From assembly GCA_032128875.1 (NCBI GenBank), contig JAVLKG010000003.1, positions 449,008-513,007 on the forward strand: a stretch of DNA of 64,000 nucleotides. Reading direction: 5' to 3'. Positions within the stretch are counted from its first letter, which is position 1. Every line of letters begins with the position of its first letter. Positions 37,537 through 48,293 of this stretch are shown in pieces. The notes under the pieces are model-generated. The model had not been told where the DNA came from, made no database searches, and saw only the letters and a list, made by a program, of their open reading frames with translations. Position numbers and translations under genes: made by a program. This DNA comes from Candidatus Melainabacteria bacterium 17Bon1m. Lineage in GTDB: Bacteria > Cyanobacteriota > Vampirovibrionia > Obscuribacterales > Obscuribacteraceae.

Positions 37537-37734
37537 TTCCGTAAGCCATTCCAGTCTGTATATATGCGGCTGGCTGGCGTTCTGGACAAGATTCGACGAT
37601 TTTTGGGGAAACTTTGAGAGCGGCTAAAAGGTCTTGCGCTGGTCCTTCGGTTTTTGTGCCTGTTTACCTTTCGGGGCTTTAGGGCGATCGGATTTTGGCT
37701 GGTTATACTAAGGTTAGAGGAAATTAGGATTTGT

Positions 37735-38853
37735 ATGGCTGAGAAAGACCATAAGACTCACACTTCAGAGGCGCTGATCGGCAATTACCCTGGTCGGTAT
37801 TGGCATGAGCTGGAGGAAGGCAAAATATTCTGCGACCTTTGCCCTCGCGCTTGCGTGTTGAAGGAAGGTGATCGCGGCTTTTGCTTCGTTCGGCAGAATG
37901 TTGACGGAAAGATGATTTTGACCACATATGGTCGAAGCACTGGCTTTTGCATTGATCCAATTGAGAAAAAGCCGCTCAATCATTTTCTTCCAGGCTCTAG
38001 CGTGCTGTCTTTTGGAACCGCCGGATGCAACCTGGGCTGTCAGTTTTGTCAGAACTGGTCAATTAGCAAATCTAGAGAAATTGAGCAGCTGAGTGAGATT
38101 GCGACTCCGGAAGACATAGCTCAAGCTGCATTGCGGATGGGTTGTAAGAGTGTCGCATTCACTTATAACGATCCGGTGATTTGGGCCGAGTATGCAATTG
38201 ACACCGCAAAAGCCTGTCATAAACTGGGTTTGAAGGCAGTCGCTGTCACCGCTGGATACATCACACCGCAGGCTAGACCGGAGTTTTATTCCGTAATGGA
38301 CGCCGCCAACGTAGACCTGAAGGCGTTTACATCGCAGTTTTACAAGCGTCTTTGTTTGTCCGAACTGGAGCCTGTAATGGACACTCTCGTTTGGCTAAAG
38401 AAGGAAAGTGACGTCTGGTTTGAGATAACGAATCTCATGATTCCCGACGAGAATGACGGCGATGACGAGATAGAGCGAATGTGTGATTGGATTTTGAAGA
38501 ATGTCGGTGATGATGTGCCAGTCCATTTCACGGCTTTCCATCCGGATTTTCGACTGACTAAGCCTTCGAGCACTCCTGAGAAGACTCTTCGACGCGCCCG
38601 TGACCAAGCCCTGAAAGCGGGAATCAAGTACGTCTATACCGGAAATGTCAATGACGCGAAGCGTCAGAGCACCTACTGCCCGAACTGCCAAGAACTACTC
38701 ATCAAGCGCGATTGGTACGAACTTGGAACTTACAAAATGAAGGGAAATCGCTGCGGCAAGTGCGACCATGTTATTGCAGGCGTATTTGAAGAGGACAAAG
38801 GAAACTGGGGACGCAAGAGATTGCCCGTGTTCATTGAGCGCCAAAGCTCATAG
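37735..38853 (+). CDS. amrS: AmmeMemoRadiSam system radical SAM enzyme
   Basis: CDLCPRAC; DPIEKKPLNHFLPG; CNLGCQFC (CxxxCxxC); AFTYNDP; NVDLKAF; FTAFHPD; TYCPNC. Confidence 0.92.
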   Translation: MAEKDHKTHTSEALIGNYPGRYWHELEEGKIFCDLCPRACVLKEGDRGFCFVRQNVDGKMILTTYGRSTGFCIDPIEKKPLNHFLPGSSVLSFGTAGCNLGCQFCQNWSISKSREIEQLSEIATPEDIAQAALRMGCKSVAFTYNDPVIWAEYAIDTAKACHKLGLKAVAVTAGYITPQARPEFYSVMDAANVDLKAFTSQFYKRLCLSELEPVMDTLVWLKKESDVWFEITNLMIPDENDGDDEIERMCDWILKNVGDDVPVHFTAFHPDFRLTKPSSTPEKTLRRARDQALKAGIKYVYTGNVNDAKRQSTYCPNCQELLIKRDWYELGTYKMKGNRCGKCDHVIAGVFEEDKGNWGRKRLPVFIERQSS

Positions 38854-38996
38854 GTTCTGTAATTTCAGCCGGGAAACTTTTCGGTGCCAAGGATCTTTGT
38901 TGGTCTTGATGTCTTCACATCCGGGCTGAAAAGTCTACAATCGTAAGGGCGATGAATTCATCGTATGCAGATCTAAGGGGCGCAGAGAGGGAAGCC

Positions 38997-39542
38997 ATGT
39001 CTGGACGGCGGTTGAATAAAAACCTATCTCGCACCGGCATTGCAGCATTTGCGCTTGTTTTATTTACTCAACTATTGCCGCTGTCTTGCAATGGGGCGTT
39101 TGCTGACGAGGCGGTAAGCCCGGACACTCCGGTGTCTTCAGACGGAGCCGTTTCTCCGGTGATGTCGCCTTCCGCCTCGTCTGGTAGTTCGGCGCCATCG
39201 GTTGGTACAGGTGCCTCAGACCGCTCCTCCGCCAGCTCCTCCGCCAGCTCCTCTGGCAGTACCTCCACCAGTTCATCAAGCAGTGCGTCCGACAGCTCGA
39301 GTGTTGATAACGCCCCTGGCGCCGTTTCACCCGCTTCTACCGGCGCAGAAATCGGTTCTCAAGTAAGCTCGCAAGTAAAGACAGTAAAAACAACTGTCCG
39401 TTACGAGCAAGAAAAGAGGGATAGGTTATTTGTCGATGCCACTTTCATTGCAGTGGCCCTTATTCTCTGTGTTATTGCCTTCCTTCTGTTTATGAGTTTG
39501 CCGAAACAATCCAAAAAGACCGGCAATGATAATGTTCAATAG
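38997..39542 (+). CDS. Ser-rich exported protein with a C-terminal TM anchor
   Basis: Signal peptide (AFA), low-complexity Ser/Ala/Pro body with a 12-nt tandem repeat, C-terminal TM helix and basic tail. Confidence 0.7.
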   Translation: MSGRRLNKNLSRTGIAAFALVLFTQLLPLSCNGAFADEAVSPDTPVSSDGAVSPVMSPSASSGSSAPSVGTGASDRSSASSSASSSGSTSTSSSSSASDSSSVDNAPGAVSPASTGAEIGSQVSSQVKTVKTTVRYEQEKRDRLFVDATFIAVALILCVIAFLLFMSLPKQSKKTGNDNVQ

Positions 39543-39573
39543 GAAATGTAAACGCTGAGGTCGGTGTCGAAAA

Positions 39574-39759
39574 ATGGATATTGGAAGCCGAATCATGTGT
39601 TTTGTACTGGGTCTCACCTTCCTGGGCGGCGGGCTCATTTTCGTCAAGCAATCTTTGGAAGCAAAGAATCTGATAGAATCCGTCCTGTTTTCTCTGATGG
39701 GCGTTATGGCTGGGCTCTTCCTTATTGTCACCGCCATAATGGGACCACCTGATATTTAG
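39574..39759 (+). CDS. Small two-TM membrane protein
   Basis: 61 aa with two hydrophobic helices; GAGG upstream; co-oriented in the gene run. Confidence 0.6.
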   Translation: MDIGSRIMCFVLGLTFLGGGLIFVKQSLEAKNLIESVLFSLMGVMAGLFLIVTAIMGPPDI

Positions 39760-39801
39760 GTTGCATCAGAAAACTCGTGATACATGCCTGGGAGGCTTTT
39801 C

Positions 39802-40431
39802 ATGCGTCGTTCAATTTTGGTCGCCGTTGCTGCGTGCGGGATTATGATGGTTGCTGGTTCTTCTGCTTTTTGCGCCGAAAAGAAAGGTGAAGAAGGAAGA
39901 GAAGGAAACTGGACTAAAGGAGCACAAGGTGCACCGTCCATAGAGGCAGCTCAGAAAGCAGTTGAGAAAGATCCGAAAAGTGCAATTGCGCACAATGACT
40001 TGGGTTGGGCTTACAGACAAAACAACAAGCACAAAGAAGCAGAAGCAGAATTGCGCGAAGCGCTAAAGCTTGATCCTGCACTTTCATATGCTCATTCAAA
40101 TTTGTCTGTTGTTTTGCTCGACCAGGGAAAAGTTGGAGAAGCTGTTGAAGAAGGAAAGACATCAACGCAGCTCGATGGAAAACAACCAATCTTTCGTGTT
40201 GTATACGGCAACGCACTGCAAGCCGTGCCGGACAATAAAGCCGCAATCGAACAGTACAAAGCTGCGATTTCGCTGAGACCTGACTACGAAAACGCCTTCT
40301 ACAATCTTGGTCGTGCTTACCTTGCCGACGGACAAACTACCGAAGCGAAAGTGGCTTTCAGCCAAGCTCTCGAACTCGACAAAGATGACGAACGTGTACT
40401 CAAAGCACTTGATCAGTTGCTCGATAAGTAG
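39802..40431 (+). CDS. Exported TPR protein
   Basis: GGAGG RBS, signal peptide, TPR motifs AHNDLG, AHSNLS and AFYNLG. Confidence 0.88.
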   Translation: MRRSILVAVAACGIMMVAGSSAFCAEKKGEEGREGNWTKGAQGAPSIEAAQKAVEKDPKSAIAHNDLGWAYRQNNKHKEAEAELREALKLDPALSYAHSNLSVVLLDQGKVGEAVEEGKTSTQLDGKQPIFRVVYGNALQAVPDNKAAIEQYKAAISLRPDYENAFYNLGRAYLADGQTTEAKVAFSQALELDKDDERVLKALDQLLDK

Positions 40432-40439
40432 GAGTTGAT

Positions 40440-40778
40440 ATGCAATTTGTCTTGATTGGTCGGGACGGTGATGATGCTGATGCGCTTTCTCGCAGAATGG
40501 CGGCTCGCGAAGCTCATCTTGCTGGATGCGCGGCACTAAGAGAGAGAGGTGTGCTGCTTTATGCAGCAGCATTGCTGAGCGACGACGAACAGCAAAAGAT
40601 GGTCGGCTCTATGTTGGTAATGGACTGGCCTTCACGCGCGGATCTTGATGCTTGGCTCAAAGAAGAGCCTTATATCAAGGGCGATGTTTGGAGAAAAGTC
40701 GAGATCAATCCGTGCAAGTTGGCTCCGGGATTTGCTGGACTAGTTCCGACAGCGACGAAGGAACACGTAGTTCACTAA
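40440..40778 (+). CDS. YciI family protein
   Basis: RRMAAREAHL, MVGSMLV and WLKEEPYIKGDVW; AGGAG RBS. Confidence 0.88.
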   Translation: MQFVLIGRDGDDADALSRRMAAREAHLAGCAALRERGVLLYAAALLSDDEQQKMVGSMLVMDWPSRADLDAWLKEEPYIKGDVWRKVEINPCKLAPGFAGLVPTATKEHVVH

Positions 40779-40843
40779 ATCGAGCGGCGGGAAGAAAGTC
40801 GAGCTATTCAGACCGTCCGCCGGTAACTAACAACTATTAATGC

Positions 40844-40873
40844 GAAAGGGAGGCTGTTGCCCCCCTTTCTTTT
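40844..40873 (+). terminator. Intrinsic terminator
   Basis: GAAAGGGAGGC-TGTT-GCCCCCCTTTC followed by TTTT. Confidence 0.65.
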
Positions 40874-40933
40874 GCCCTCGTTAAAAAGTGTTTTTTGATC
40901 TGAAGTTAGCCGCGGCAATCGCCTGGCTGAGTT

Positions 40934-43645
40934 CTATTTGTTCTCCTTCACTTGTTTTACGAACTTGAGTTTTGCCAGCTCTTCCAATTTGTCTGGAGAG
41001 ATTTTGCCGACTACTTTGGTTCTTTCTTGGAGCATCAATTCAAACCCAAGTTTCTTCAACGCTTTGATGTTCTCCGGCGAATCGCTCGTGAGCTGGATCT
41101 CGATAGTGATTTTGCCGTCTTGGACGTGGATTTTGAGACCAGACGCTGTTTTGACCTTCTCAGAACTGGCGACAAGCTTTTGAAGTTGTGCAGAGAGTTT
41201 TGCAATTGCTTCATTCGCTTTTGCCGCTGGCTCTGCTTTCTTTTCGTCCTGTTTATTGTTACCCTCGGCCGGTCTCGTTGCTGTGACTGAGTCTCCTTCT
41301 CCTTTGTCTGCCACTAGTTTGTTTGCTTCTTTAGCAGGTGGAGGTGGTATCAGCCCTCCAGCGATTGAAGGGGACGGACTCGCCATTGGTTTCGGCATTG
41401 CATTTAGCGTTCTGCCCATGACCGGAGTCGAAGTAGCGCTTTGTGCAAACTGTGCGTATGCACGTCCGTCGAAAGATGCGCCTTGGGATTGTCTTGATGC
41501 CATTCTGCGTTTGGCGCGTGCAATGCCTCCATATCCACCTCCACCTCCCGCAATGCCGAAGGATGCTGGTGCCCCTGCCAGCGGTGCTCCCGGCATAGCG
41601 GCTTGCTCGATTGTTTCTTCGCGTGATACTCCTTCTGGTACTTCCACTGGGACGGTAACTGTTCTTGCAGCACCACCCTTGGTGACAATTTTTTCTTCCA
41701 CTGCGACGAAGGAAGTGTACTGCGTCATGATGTGATGGTCGAGTGCTACTTTGACAATCTCGTCCTTCAGCTCTTTATTGATCGAACCGTTTTGTGCACC
41801 TTGCCAGTCTTCGCTCATCAGGCGATCGACTTTTGCTCGCGCCCAAACAGATCCAATTGATTCACTTCCTCCTGCATTTTCTGGGAAGTTAACTTTGATT
41901 TTCTCTAGATATGGCTTTCCACCGCTAAACCCTGAGATTGAAATTGTTCCAGCGCCGGGCTTGATGTAGCGACCTTTTATGTATAGCGGCTTTTCAGCCC
42001 AAACATCGGATACTTCATGTGGAAATACTTCCTTGGCCTGGACGCCGTCGAATGTGAGCTTGATGTCCGTGAGGACTGGCGATGAAATTCTGTCGTAGAA
42101 TTTCTTTCCAACCTCGTTGCCGGAGCTGTTTAGTAGCACATATTCTGATTCTCCGCCGCCTTCTTTTGCCATCGCATCGATGAGGAATCGGTTGACACCG
42201 TTGCCTGTGCCAAAGGAAAACCATCTTGATTTGCCTCTGAGCTTTTTGATCATGCCTAGAATTTCCATGTCGTTGCCGACATAGCCATCGGTCATGAAAG
42301 TGACGATACGAAGACGATTTGCATCTGCTGGAGTTTTACATGCCGCTTCAACTGCAGGTGCCATCCATGTGCCACCATTTGCACTCAAGCTGTTTATATA
42401 GTGAATCGCCTGTTTCTTCATTTCGGGAGAAACTTTCATCGGCTTCGCAAACATCGGTCGCGCATCATTGCTGAAGGCAATGATTTGGAAAGTGTCTTCT
42501 TTATTCATGTGCTCGATGATATAGCGCATCGTCTCTTTCGCTTTATCGAGAGGCGGACCGCTCTGTGAGCCTGAACAGTCAATCACGAAGATCATCTCTT
42601 TTGGCTGAATTTGTTCTGGAGTGGCGCGCTTGGGCGGCATCACCATAACCGTGAAATATCCGTCTGCTGTCTTGCTTGGCTTGTAAGTGAGATAGCCGCT
42701 CTTAATTTGATCGCTTGCGACATCCCAAGAGAGTACGAAGTCTTTGTTTGGGATTGTGTTTTTGTTTGTCAAACTGATTTTTGCCGTTTGGGCATTAGGC
42801 TGATTGGTTGTCACTTCATGCAAGGTAGAACGAATTGCCTGGATCGGTACGCCCGAATCAATGTTTACGTCAATCGAAATATCATGTCCTGCGCGTTCGC
42901 CTTTTGCGGCAACCGGCGGACTGATTTTTGATGCGTCAGGCACCGAAGTCGTGTCGTGCACTCGTCCCGTTCCGCTCTTGCCGACTGGATTTCCGGGCAT
43001 AAAACGTGGTCCTACCACTGTCGGAAATGCGAAAGTGTAGCGACCTGATTCGTAAGGCAAAAGGTCTACATACTGAAGAGTCACTTCAATCTGATTACCA
43101 GGAAGAATATTCGCAACTGACTGCGTAAAGATATTTGGTCGTTCCTGGTCGAGCAGCGCAGCGACCTGTCCATGCGCTTTGGCATTGTCATAAATTTCTT
43201 TCGCTTCTTCGCGTTTTTTGATCGTACCTTTTATGACGCGTTCTCCGACCTTCATTCTCATGTCGTCTACTGCGCCTGTTTCTGAAAGAGGAAATGTGTA
43301 AACCGCTTCAATCTTGTCTTTAAACGGATTCTCGAATACTTGTTTAACTGTCACTCGCGCGACATAACCTGAGACATTCGCGGTCACACTAGTATGTTTG
43401 AGTGGGCATTGACCAAGTTTTTTTCCCGACCCAAGCATTGCTAAAAGTGTGCCTGAGCCATCGCCTTTAAATTGATTGCTTTGGGTTTCTCTATTCTGCT
43501 TTGCAGTTGCTGCTCGCCCTGGAATTGCCGCTCCAATTAATGGCGAGGCTGCTTGTTGAGCGTTCACGATCAGCGGCAAAGATGTACTGAGCACACTTGC
43601 AATTGCTGTCGGAACGAGAATGGCACCCGCTAAGAAGGACTTCAT
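40934..43645 (-). CDS. Exported VIT plus vWA domain protein (inter-alpha-trypsin inhibitor-like)
   Basis: VIT domain (VKQVFENP..IEAVYTFPL, ALLDQERPNIF); vWA MIDAS DCSGS...GGT...TDG; YTSFVAVE; GAGG RBS. Confidence 0.92.
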   Translation of the reverse strand: MKSFLAGAILVPTAIASVLSTSLPLIVNAQQAASPLIGAAIPGRAATAKQNRETQSNQFKGDGSGTLLAMLGSGKKLGQCPLKHTSVTANVSGYVARVTVKQVFENPFKDKIEAVYTFPLSETGAVDDMRMKVGERVIKGTIKKREEAKEIYDNAKAHGQVAALLDQERPNIFTQSVANILPGNQIEVTLQYVDLLPYESGRYTFAFPTVVGPRFMPGNPVGKSGTGRVHDTTSVPDASKISPPVAAKGERAGHDISIDVNIDSGVPIQAIRSTLHEVTTNQPNAQTAKISLTNKNTIPNKDFVLSWDVASDQIKSGYLTYKPSKTADGYFTVMVMPPKRATPEQIQPKEMIFVIDCSGSQSGPPLDKAKETMRYIIEHMNKEDTFQIIAFSNDARPMFAKPMKVSPEMKKQAIHYINSLSANGGTWMAPAVEAACKTPADANRLRIVTFMTDGYVGNDMEILGMIKKLRGKSRWFSFGTGNGVNRFLIDAMAKEGGGESEYVLLNSSGNEVGKKFYDRISSPVLTDIKLTFDGVQAKEVFPHEVSDVWAEKPLYIKGRYIKPGAGTISISGFSGGKPYLEKIKVNFPENAGGSESIGSVWARAKVDRLMSEDWQGAQNGSINKELKDEIVKVALDHHIMTQYTSFVAVEEKIVTKGGAARTVTVPVEVPEGVSREETIEQAAMPGAPLAGAPASFGIAGGGGGYGGIARAKRRMASRQSQGASFDGRAYAQFAQSATSTPVMGRTLNAMPKPMASPSPSIAGGLIPPPPAKEANKLVADKGEGDSVTATRPAEGNNKQDEKKAEPAAKANEAIAKLSAQLQKLVASSEKVKTASGLKIHVQDGKITIEIQLTSDSPENIKALKKLGFELMLQERTKVVGKISPDKLEELAKLKFVKQVKENK

Positions 43646-43808
43646 GGTTTATTTCCTCGTTATTTCCTGCCTGCCGCACGTCACATAGCACGAGCGTAAC
43701 CGGCCGCAAGGAGCGGATGTATAGGGTTTCTCCTAGAGCGCCCATGGGACGAGACCTGAACCTTGTATACTACTTTCCTCTAATCGCCACTGGAGGCATG
43801 TTTTCAGT

Positions 43809-45401
43809 ATGTTGAAGCGCAAGAAGTGTTTGCTCGTATTGAGTGCATTCAGCATGTGTTTCCCTTTGATTGCCCAGACCTCCGTTTACTCGATGAGCCT
43901 CGAGCGAATTCCTCTTGAATTTCAAAATGCGGAATTGAAAGAGATGGTTGGTATGCAAAAGCCGTTCACACCTTGTGTAACGGAAGAGATGTTAGAGAAG
44001 GTTACGCGTGAGCTAGCTATGCACGGAACCCTTGCTCTCAGGCGCTATTCCAGTGGTGGTCATTCAGCCGTGACTGTTCATGAACCACGCTCGTTAGAGT
44101 CGGCGATTGACGGCATGTTGATCATGCATTGGGATCGCGACAATATGATGCAGGTACTTGCAGAGTATCAACTAGCGCAGAATGATTCGCTTCGAAGCGA
44201 ATTGAAAGTGGCAAAAGGCGCATGGTTTCTCGGACTTCTTGCTTCGCTGAAACATCACTATAATTACTACAAGAGATTTACCGATATTATTGACGGAAAA
44301 GCTGGGGCGCACGACTTCAGTAAACGGCCCCATATCCGTTACAACCCGATTAATCTGCAGGAAGTTCAAGATCCTTGGGGGCACGCTCAAAATGACGCTC
44401 TCGGCTATCTGCTCTTTATGACTTTCTACGCTGCCGATCAGGGGAGGTTGAATGTTGCGGAAAAAACAGTTGCAGAAAACGCTGACGGAAAACAGCCGAA
44501 ACGACAATTGTCTCAAGAAGCATCTCATCGTTTAGGTGTGCTTGTTCCGCTCTTTTTTGAGAAGATTGAAGTGTGGAAGGATTTTGATTTTGGTGCATGG
44601 GAAGACAAAAAGGCCGAGCACGCTTCGTCTATTGGCTGCGCTCTTGCGGGTTTGCGCCAAGAGAAAAAGTTTGTTGATAAATACGGCTCACTGACTGAGA
44701 AAATCGACGGTAAAGACTACACGGTTACTAGCAAATTGCTGGCTAAACTGATCGCGCAATGCGAAGAAAGTTTGGCCAGAATTTTGCCGAACGAATTTGT
44801 CAATTCTGATCCTGAAGACAAACGTGCAGATGCAAGTAGAGACAGGAAGGCTGATTCAGCGCTTATTAACGCGCTCTTTCTCGGCGCTGTTGCTGAAGAG
44901 CAGTTGGTGAGCGAAAAGATGACTGCGGAAATTCTAGATGTGACTGCAAATCAACTTTGTCGCCCGATTGGTTTTGCGCGTTATCCTCTCGATATTTGGG
45001 ATGGCAGGACAGACCGACGCGATCTCAAAGAAAACGAGGAAGCTCAATGGTCCCACGTCGCACCGATGATGTCGGTTATTTACGGTGACTTGTATCTGCG
45101 CACAAAAAAACAATCGTACTTTGAATCGCAAGACTTTTTCTTTCGACGCAGTCTCACGACTGTGAACAAGCGCTGGAGAATTCCTGAAGCTTACATTGTC
45201 GACCCGATGACTCGCCAGTGGATTTCTGATGCCAATGAACCGCTTGCCTGGGCGCAGTCTGTGGAAATCATGGCAATACTTGCTATGAAGCGAAGTCTTG
45301 CCGAACGTCATGCAATGAAACCGGCCGACCAGGGAGTGAAACCTGTTGAACGGGCACAAAAGCCAGTCGAGCCTTCCGATAAAGTTGTGGCGCCTAAGTA
45401 A
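43809..45401 (+). CDS. GH15-like / phosphorylase kinase regulatory-subunit family protein
   Basis: WGHAQNDALG, DFGAWE, HASSIGCALAGL, GFARYPLD, EAQW, IPEAY and PLAWAQS; GGAGG RBS. Confidence 0.75.
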   Translation: MLKRKKCLLVLSAFSMCFPLIAQTSVYSMSLERIPLEFQNAELKEMVGMQKPFTPCVTEEMLEKVTRELAMHGTLALRRYSSGGHSAVTVHEPRSLESAIDGMLIMHWDRDNMMQVLAEYQLAQNDSLRSELKVAKGAWFLGLLASLKHHYNYYKRFTDIIDGKAGAHDFSKRPHIRYNPINLQEVQDPWGHAQNDALGYLLFMTFYAADQGRLNVAEKTVAENADGKQPKRQLSQEASHRLGVLVPLFFEKIEVWKDFDFGAWEDKKAEHASSIGCALAGLRQEKKFVDKYGSLTEKIDGKDYTVTSKLLAKLIAQCEESLARILPNEFVNSDPEDKRADASRDRKADSALINALFLGAVAEEQLVSEKMTAEILDVTANQLCRPIGFARYPLDIWDGRTDRRDLKENEEAQWSHVAPMMSVIYGDLYLRTKKQSYFESQDFFFRRSLTTVNKRWRIPEAYIVDPMTRQWISDANEPLAWAQSVEIMAILAMKRSLAERHAMKPADQGVKPVERAQKPVEPSDKVVAPK

Positions 45402-45448
45402 TTAAGTAGTTTGGGAATAGATATAGGGTTACTGTCGGAAACCCTCAT

Positions 45449-48178
45449 TTGAGTAAGAAGCCCCATAAAAAGCATAAAGAAGAGGAGCCTGCGAAGCTTT
45501 CTGAGGTATCGCCGGATTCTGGCGCGCAGGGAGAATTGAATGAACCTCAATCGCAAGCGGCTGCCCGTAAAACATCGCAGGAGGCAGCCGATGACCAGAC
45601 GGTGAAGATCTCCACGGGCTCGGATCCGCATCGAACACTGGACGATGCGAAGACCCATGTTGCTGATAAGGTCCCATTAAAAGAGCAGCTAAACAAGCCG
45701 GACGGTCTGGTCGGCACGATTATTGCCGACCATTTTCGTATCGATAAGCGTCTCGCCGAAGGAGGAATGAGCGCCGTTTATAAGGCTCGCGACCTGGCTC
45801 TGGGGCGTGATGTGGCGATAAAGGTTTTGCTGCCGGGGCGTCATTTTACTGAGGAAAGTCTGATTCGATTTCAGCGGGAAGCCAAGGCCGTCGGCATTCT
45901 CAACCATCCGAATATTGTCAATGTGTACGAAATGAACACTTTTGCGGAAGGCGAACCGTACATCGCGATGGAGTTTGTCGATGGGCAGACCCTTTTCCAG
46001 CAAGTACAAGGCACCAGTGGTTTGCCCGTGGATTCCGCCATAGACATCATCCGCCAGTGTGCCGGTGCCCTTGCTTACGCTCATAAACAGGGGATCGTTC
46101 ACCGCGACATCAAATCGGGAAACATTATGCTCGCTCGTGCTGCACAAGGAGGCTGGCAGCCAAAACTGGTCGATTTTGGTATTGCGCGTGCGCTGGAAGA
46201 AGACGCGATTAATCTGACCCGCACCGGCGAGGTTTTTGGAAGCCCTCGCTACATGAGCCCGGAGCAATGCCGTGGAGAGAAGATTGACGCACGCACTGAT
46301 ATTTATTCGCTCGGGTGTGCGTTCTACGAAGCGCTAACGGGCGAGGTTCCATTTCGCGGTGCGACCGCTTTAGACACGATGCGCATGCACAATGATGATC
46401 AACCTGTGCCGCCGTCCGTTGCTCGAAAAGGCATGCCACTTGGTGCTGAGCTGGATCGCATTATTCTCAAATGTTTAGCAAAGGATCGCAACCATCGGTA
46501 CCAGACAGCAGAAGCGTTAGAGCAAGACCTTTTCACTTTAGCCAGGCAGAAGAGAAGCAGTCTTGCCTCCGTGGTAGCGGGAGCCATGCGTAAGCTGCCG
46601 TTTTCTAAGAAAGCTAGTAAAGCGTTTGGCACCAAAATGTTTGCCGCTTATTTTTTGGTAAGTGCTGCGCTTTTGATTTGGGTTGCTTCAAGTCAGTCAC
46701 ATCGCTTGTTCGAATATTTGTGGTCCGATTTCAATTACAAGGGGCAGAAAGCCTTTGATGCAGGAGACTATAAGAAAGCGGAAGAAAACTTTCTAAACGC
46801 TCTCAAGATCGCAGAGACTTTCCCGGTCAATGATAAATCGCTGCATCTTGCATTCAGCCTTTCCGACCTGACTGAATTGAGCACTGCGAAGGGAGATGAA
46901 GAAGCCCACAAAGCTTGGTCTGCTCGTCGCAAGACGGAGGCTGCAAAGGCGCTTGGTGATGTGGGCAATTATCGCGGGCAGCAAATCAAGTTGTGCAACA
47001 CCTCTCTAGAAAAGTTTGCCGCCGATGTGAAAGACGAGAGCATCGATAAGGAAGAGATGAGATTGCGTGCCAAGCAAGTCCTCGAGAAATTCAACGAGTT
47101 GTGCACGTTGTTGGATTTTGAGCAGTCGACGGAAGCTACTTTTGCATTGATGAATCAAGCGATTGAGGTGACAGCGCCGTATCTGGACAGAACCAGTCCA
47201 GAATATGTAGACGCAATAGTCAATCGTACTTGGCTTGCCTACTGCTCTAACTCCGTCGAGACTCGGGCACTCGTTGTAGATGCAGAAAAGCAACTTCGTG
47301 CCTCTAAAGGCATGATACCGTCTCTTAGGGCGCGTAACTTCAGCTCCCTTAGCCAGGTGTATTTAGCCCTTGGCGATAGGGACAGTGCTAGAAGATGCAG
47401 TGAAGAATCACTTGCGATATTGCGAGCCAATTCTGAACTAGAGACTGACACGGCCGTGCTTGCTTTGCTTGTTCGCGCACGCCTGGAGGATGAGACCAGG
47501 CACCCCGACACTGCTGATTTCTTTTTCAATCAGGCCAAGTTCGAAATGGAAAAGCAAGAGAGCCGAAATCCCGCGCTGGTTTTGCGGTATTTGGAAATAC
47601 GCCTCTATCTACTTTCTAGCCGTGGTGCAACTCTCCATGCGTTGCAAGAGTGCCAGGCGATTCTCGAACACGAGGAGAGAAAGCCCAGTTCAAGAAGACT
47701 ATTAGGACGCGCTTTGAATGCAACAGGGACGCTTTGCGGATGGTTGGGCCGAGAAACTGATTGTATTCATTTGCTCGAACGCGCGCACGCTGTAGCGGCT
47801 AACAACTCGGAATTCGCACTCTCTGCCGGTTCATTGGATATGATTGGAGAAGTGCTTGGAGCTCGTAAAAAATACAACGATGCCATCCCTTATTTTCGGC
47901 GGGCTCGCGATCTGTATTACTCTCAGCGCGATCTTTATCCAGGCTCAGTAGTCGCGACCTCGAACAATTTGTCTTTGCTGTTGATGAAACAAGGAAAGTA
48001 CGCTGAGGCGATTCAAGTTTTACACAAGGCAGAGCCGTCTGTGAGTGCGCCCACGTTCGGGGCGCCAAAGTTTAAGCAGGTCCTCTATGAAAGGCTCGCC
48101 ATTCTTTCCGAGAAGACCGGTGATAAGGCGGCGGCAGAGCGCTACAGAAAGCTATTCACTGAGAGTTTGAACCGGTGA
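45449..48178 (+). CDS. Hanks-type Ser/Thr protein kinase with TM and TPR region
   Basis: EGGMSAVY, VAIK, HRDIKSGN, DFG and GSPRYMSPEQ; TM helix; TPR-like helices. Confidence 0.95.
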   Translation: MSKKPHKKHKEEEPAKLSEVSPDSGAQGELNEPQSQAAARKTSQEAADDQTVKISTGSDPHRTLDDAKTHVADKVPLKEQLNKPDGLVGTIIADHFRIDKRLAEGGMSAVYKARDLALGRDVAIKVLLPGRHFTEESLIRFQREAKAVGILNHPNIVNVYEMNTFAEGEPYIAMEFVDGQTLFQQVQGTSGLPVDSAIDIIRQCAGALAYAHKQGIVHRDIKSGNIMLARAAQGGWQPKLVDFGIARALEEDAINLTRTGEVFGSPRYMSPEQCRGEKIDARTDIYSLGCAFYEALTGEVPFRGATALDTMRMHNDDQPVPPSVARKGMPLGAELDRIILKCLAKDRNHRYQTAEALEQDLFTLARQKRSSLASVVAGAMRKLPFSKKASKAFGTKMFAAYFLVSAALLIWVASSQSHRLFEYLWSDFNYKGQKAFDAGDYKKAEENFLNALKIAETFPVNDKSLHLAFSLSDLTELSTAKGDEEAHKAWSARRKTEAAKALGDVGNYRGQQIKLCNTSLEKFAADVKDESIDKEEMRLRAKQVLEKFNELCTLLDFEQSTEATFALMNQAIEVTAPYLDRTSPEYVDAIVNRTWLAYCSNSVETRALVVDAEKQLRASKGMIPSLRARNFSSLSQVYLALGDRDSARRCSEESLAILRANSELETDTAVLALLVRARLEDETRHPDTADFFFNQAKFEMEKQESRNPALVLRYLEIRLYLLSSRGATLHALQECQAILEHEERKPSSRRLLGRALNATGTLCGWLGRETDCIHLLERAHAVAANNSEFALSAGSLDMIGEVLGARKKYNDAIPYFRRARDLYYSQRDLYPGSVVATSNNLSLLLMKQGKYAEAIQVLHKAEPSVSAPTFGAPKFKQVLYERLAILSEKTGDKAAAERYRKLFTESLNR

Positions 48179-48293
48179 TGAATTAAATTTCCTCTCTGGC
48201 AACCGATATCCCAATAAGGCATTCTAAGTATTTCTTCAGATGCGGTGCAGGATTACTTTCACCGTTCTGGGTTGCCTGAGAGCGAATAATCGA

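Noticed and set aside
37735-38853. amrS as part of a complete AmmeMemoRadiSam cluster or a RiPP locus
   Set aside because: No AMMECR1 or Memo partner gene and no precursor peptide in the window
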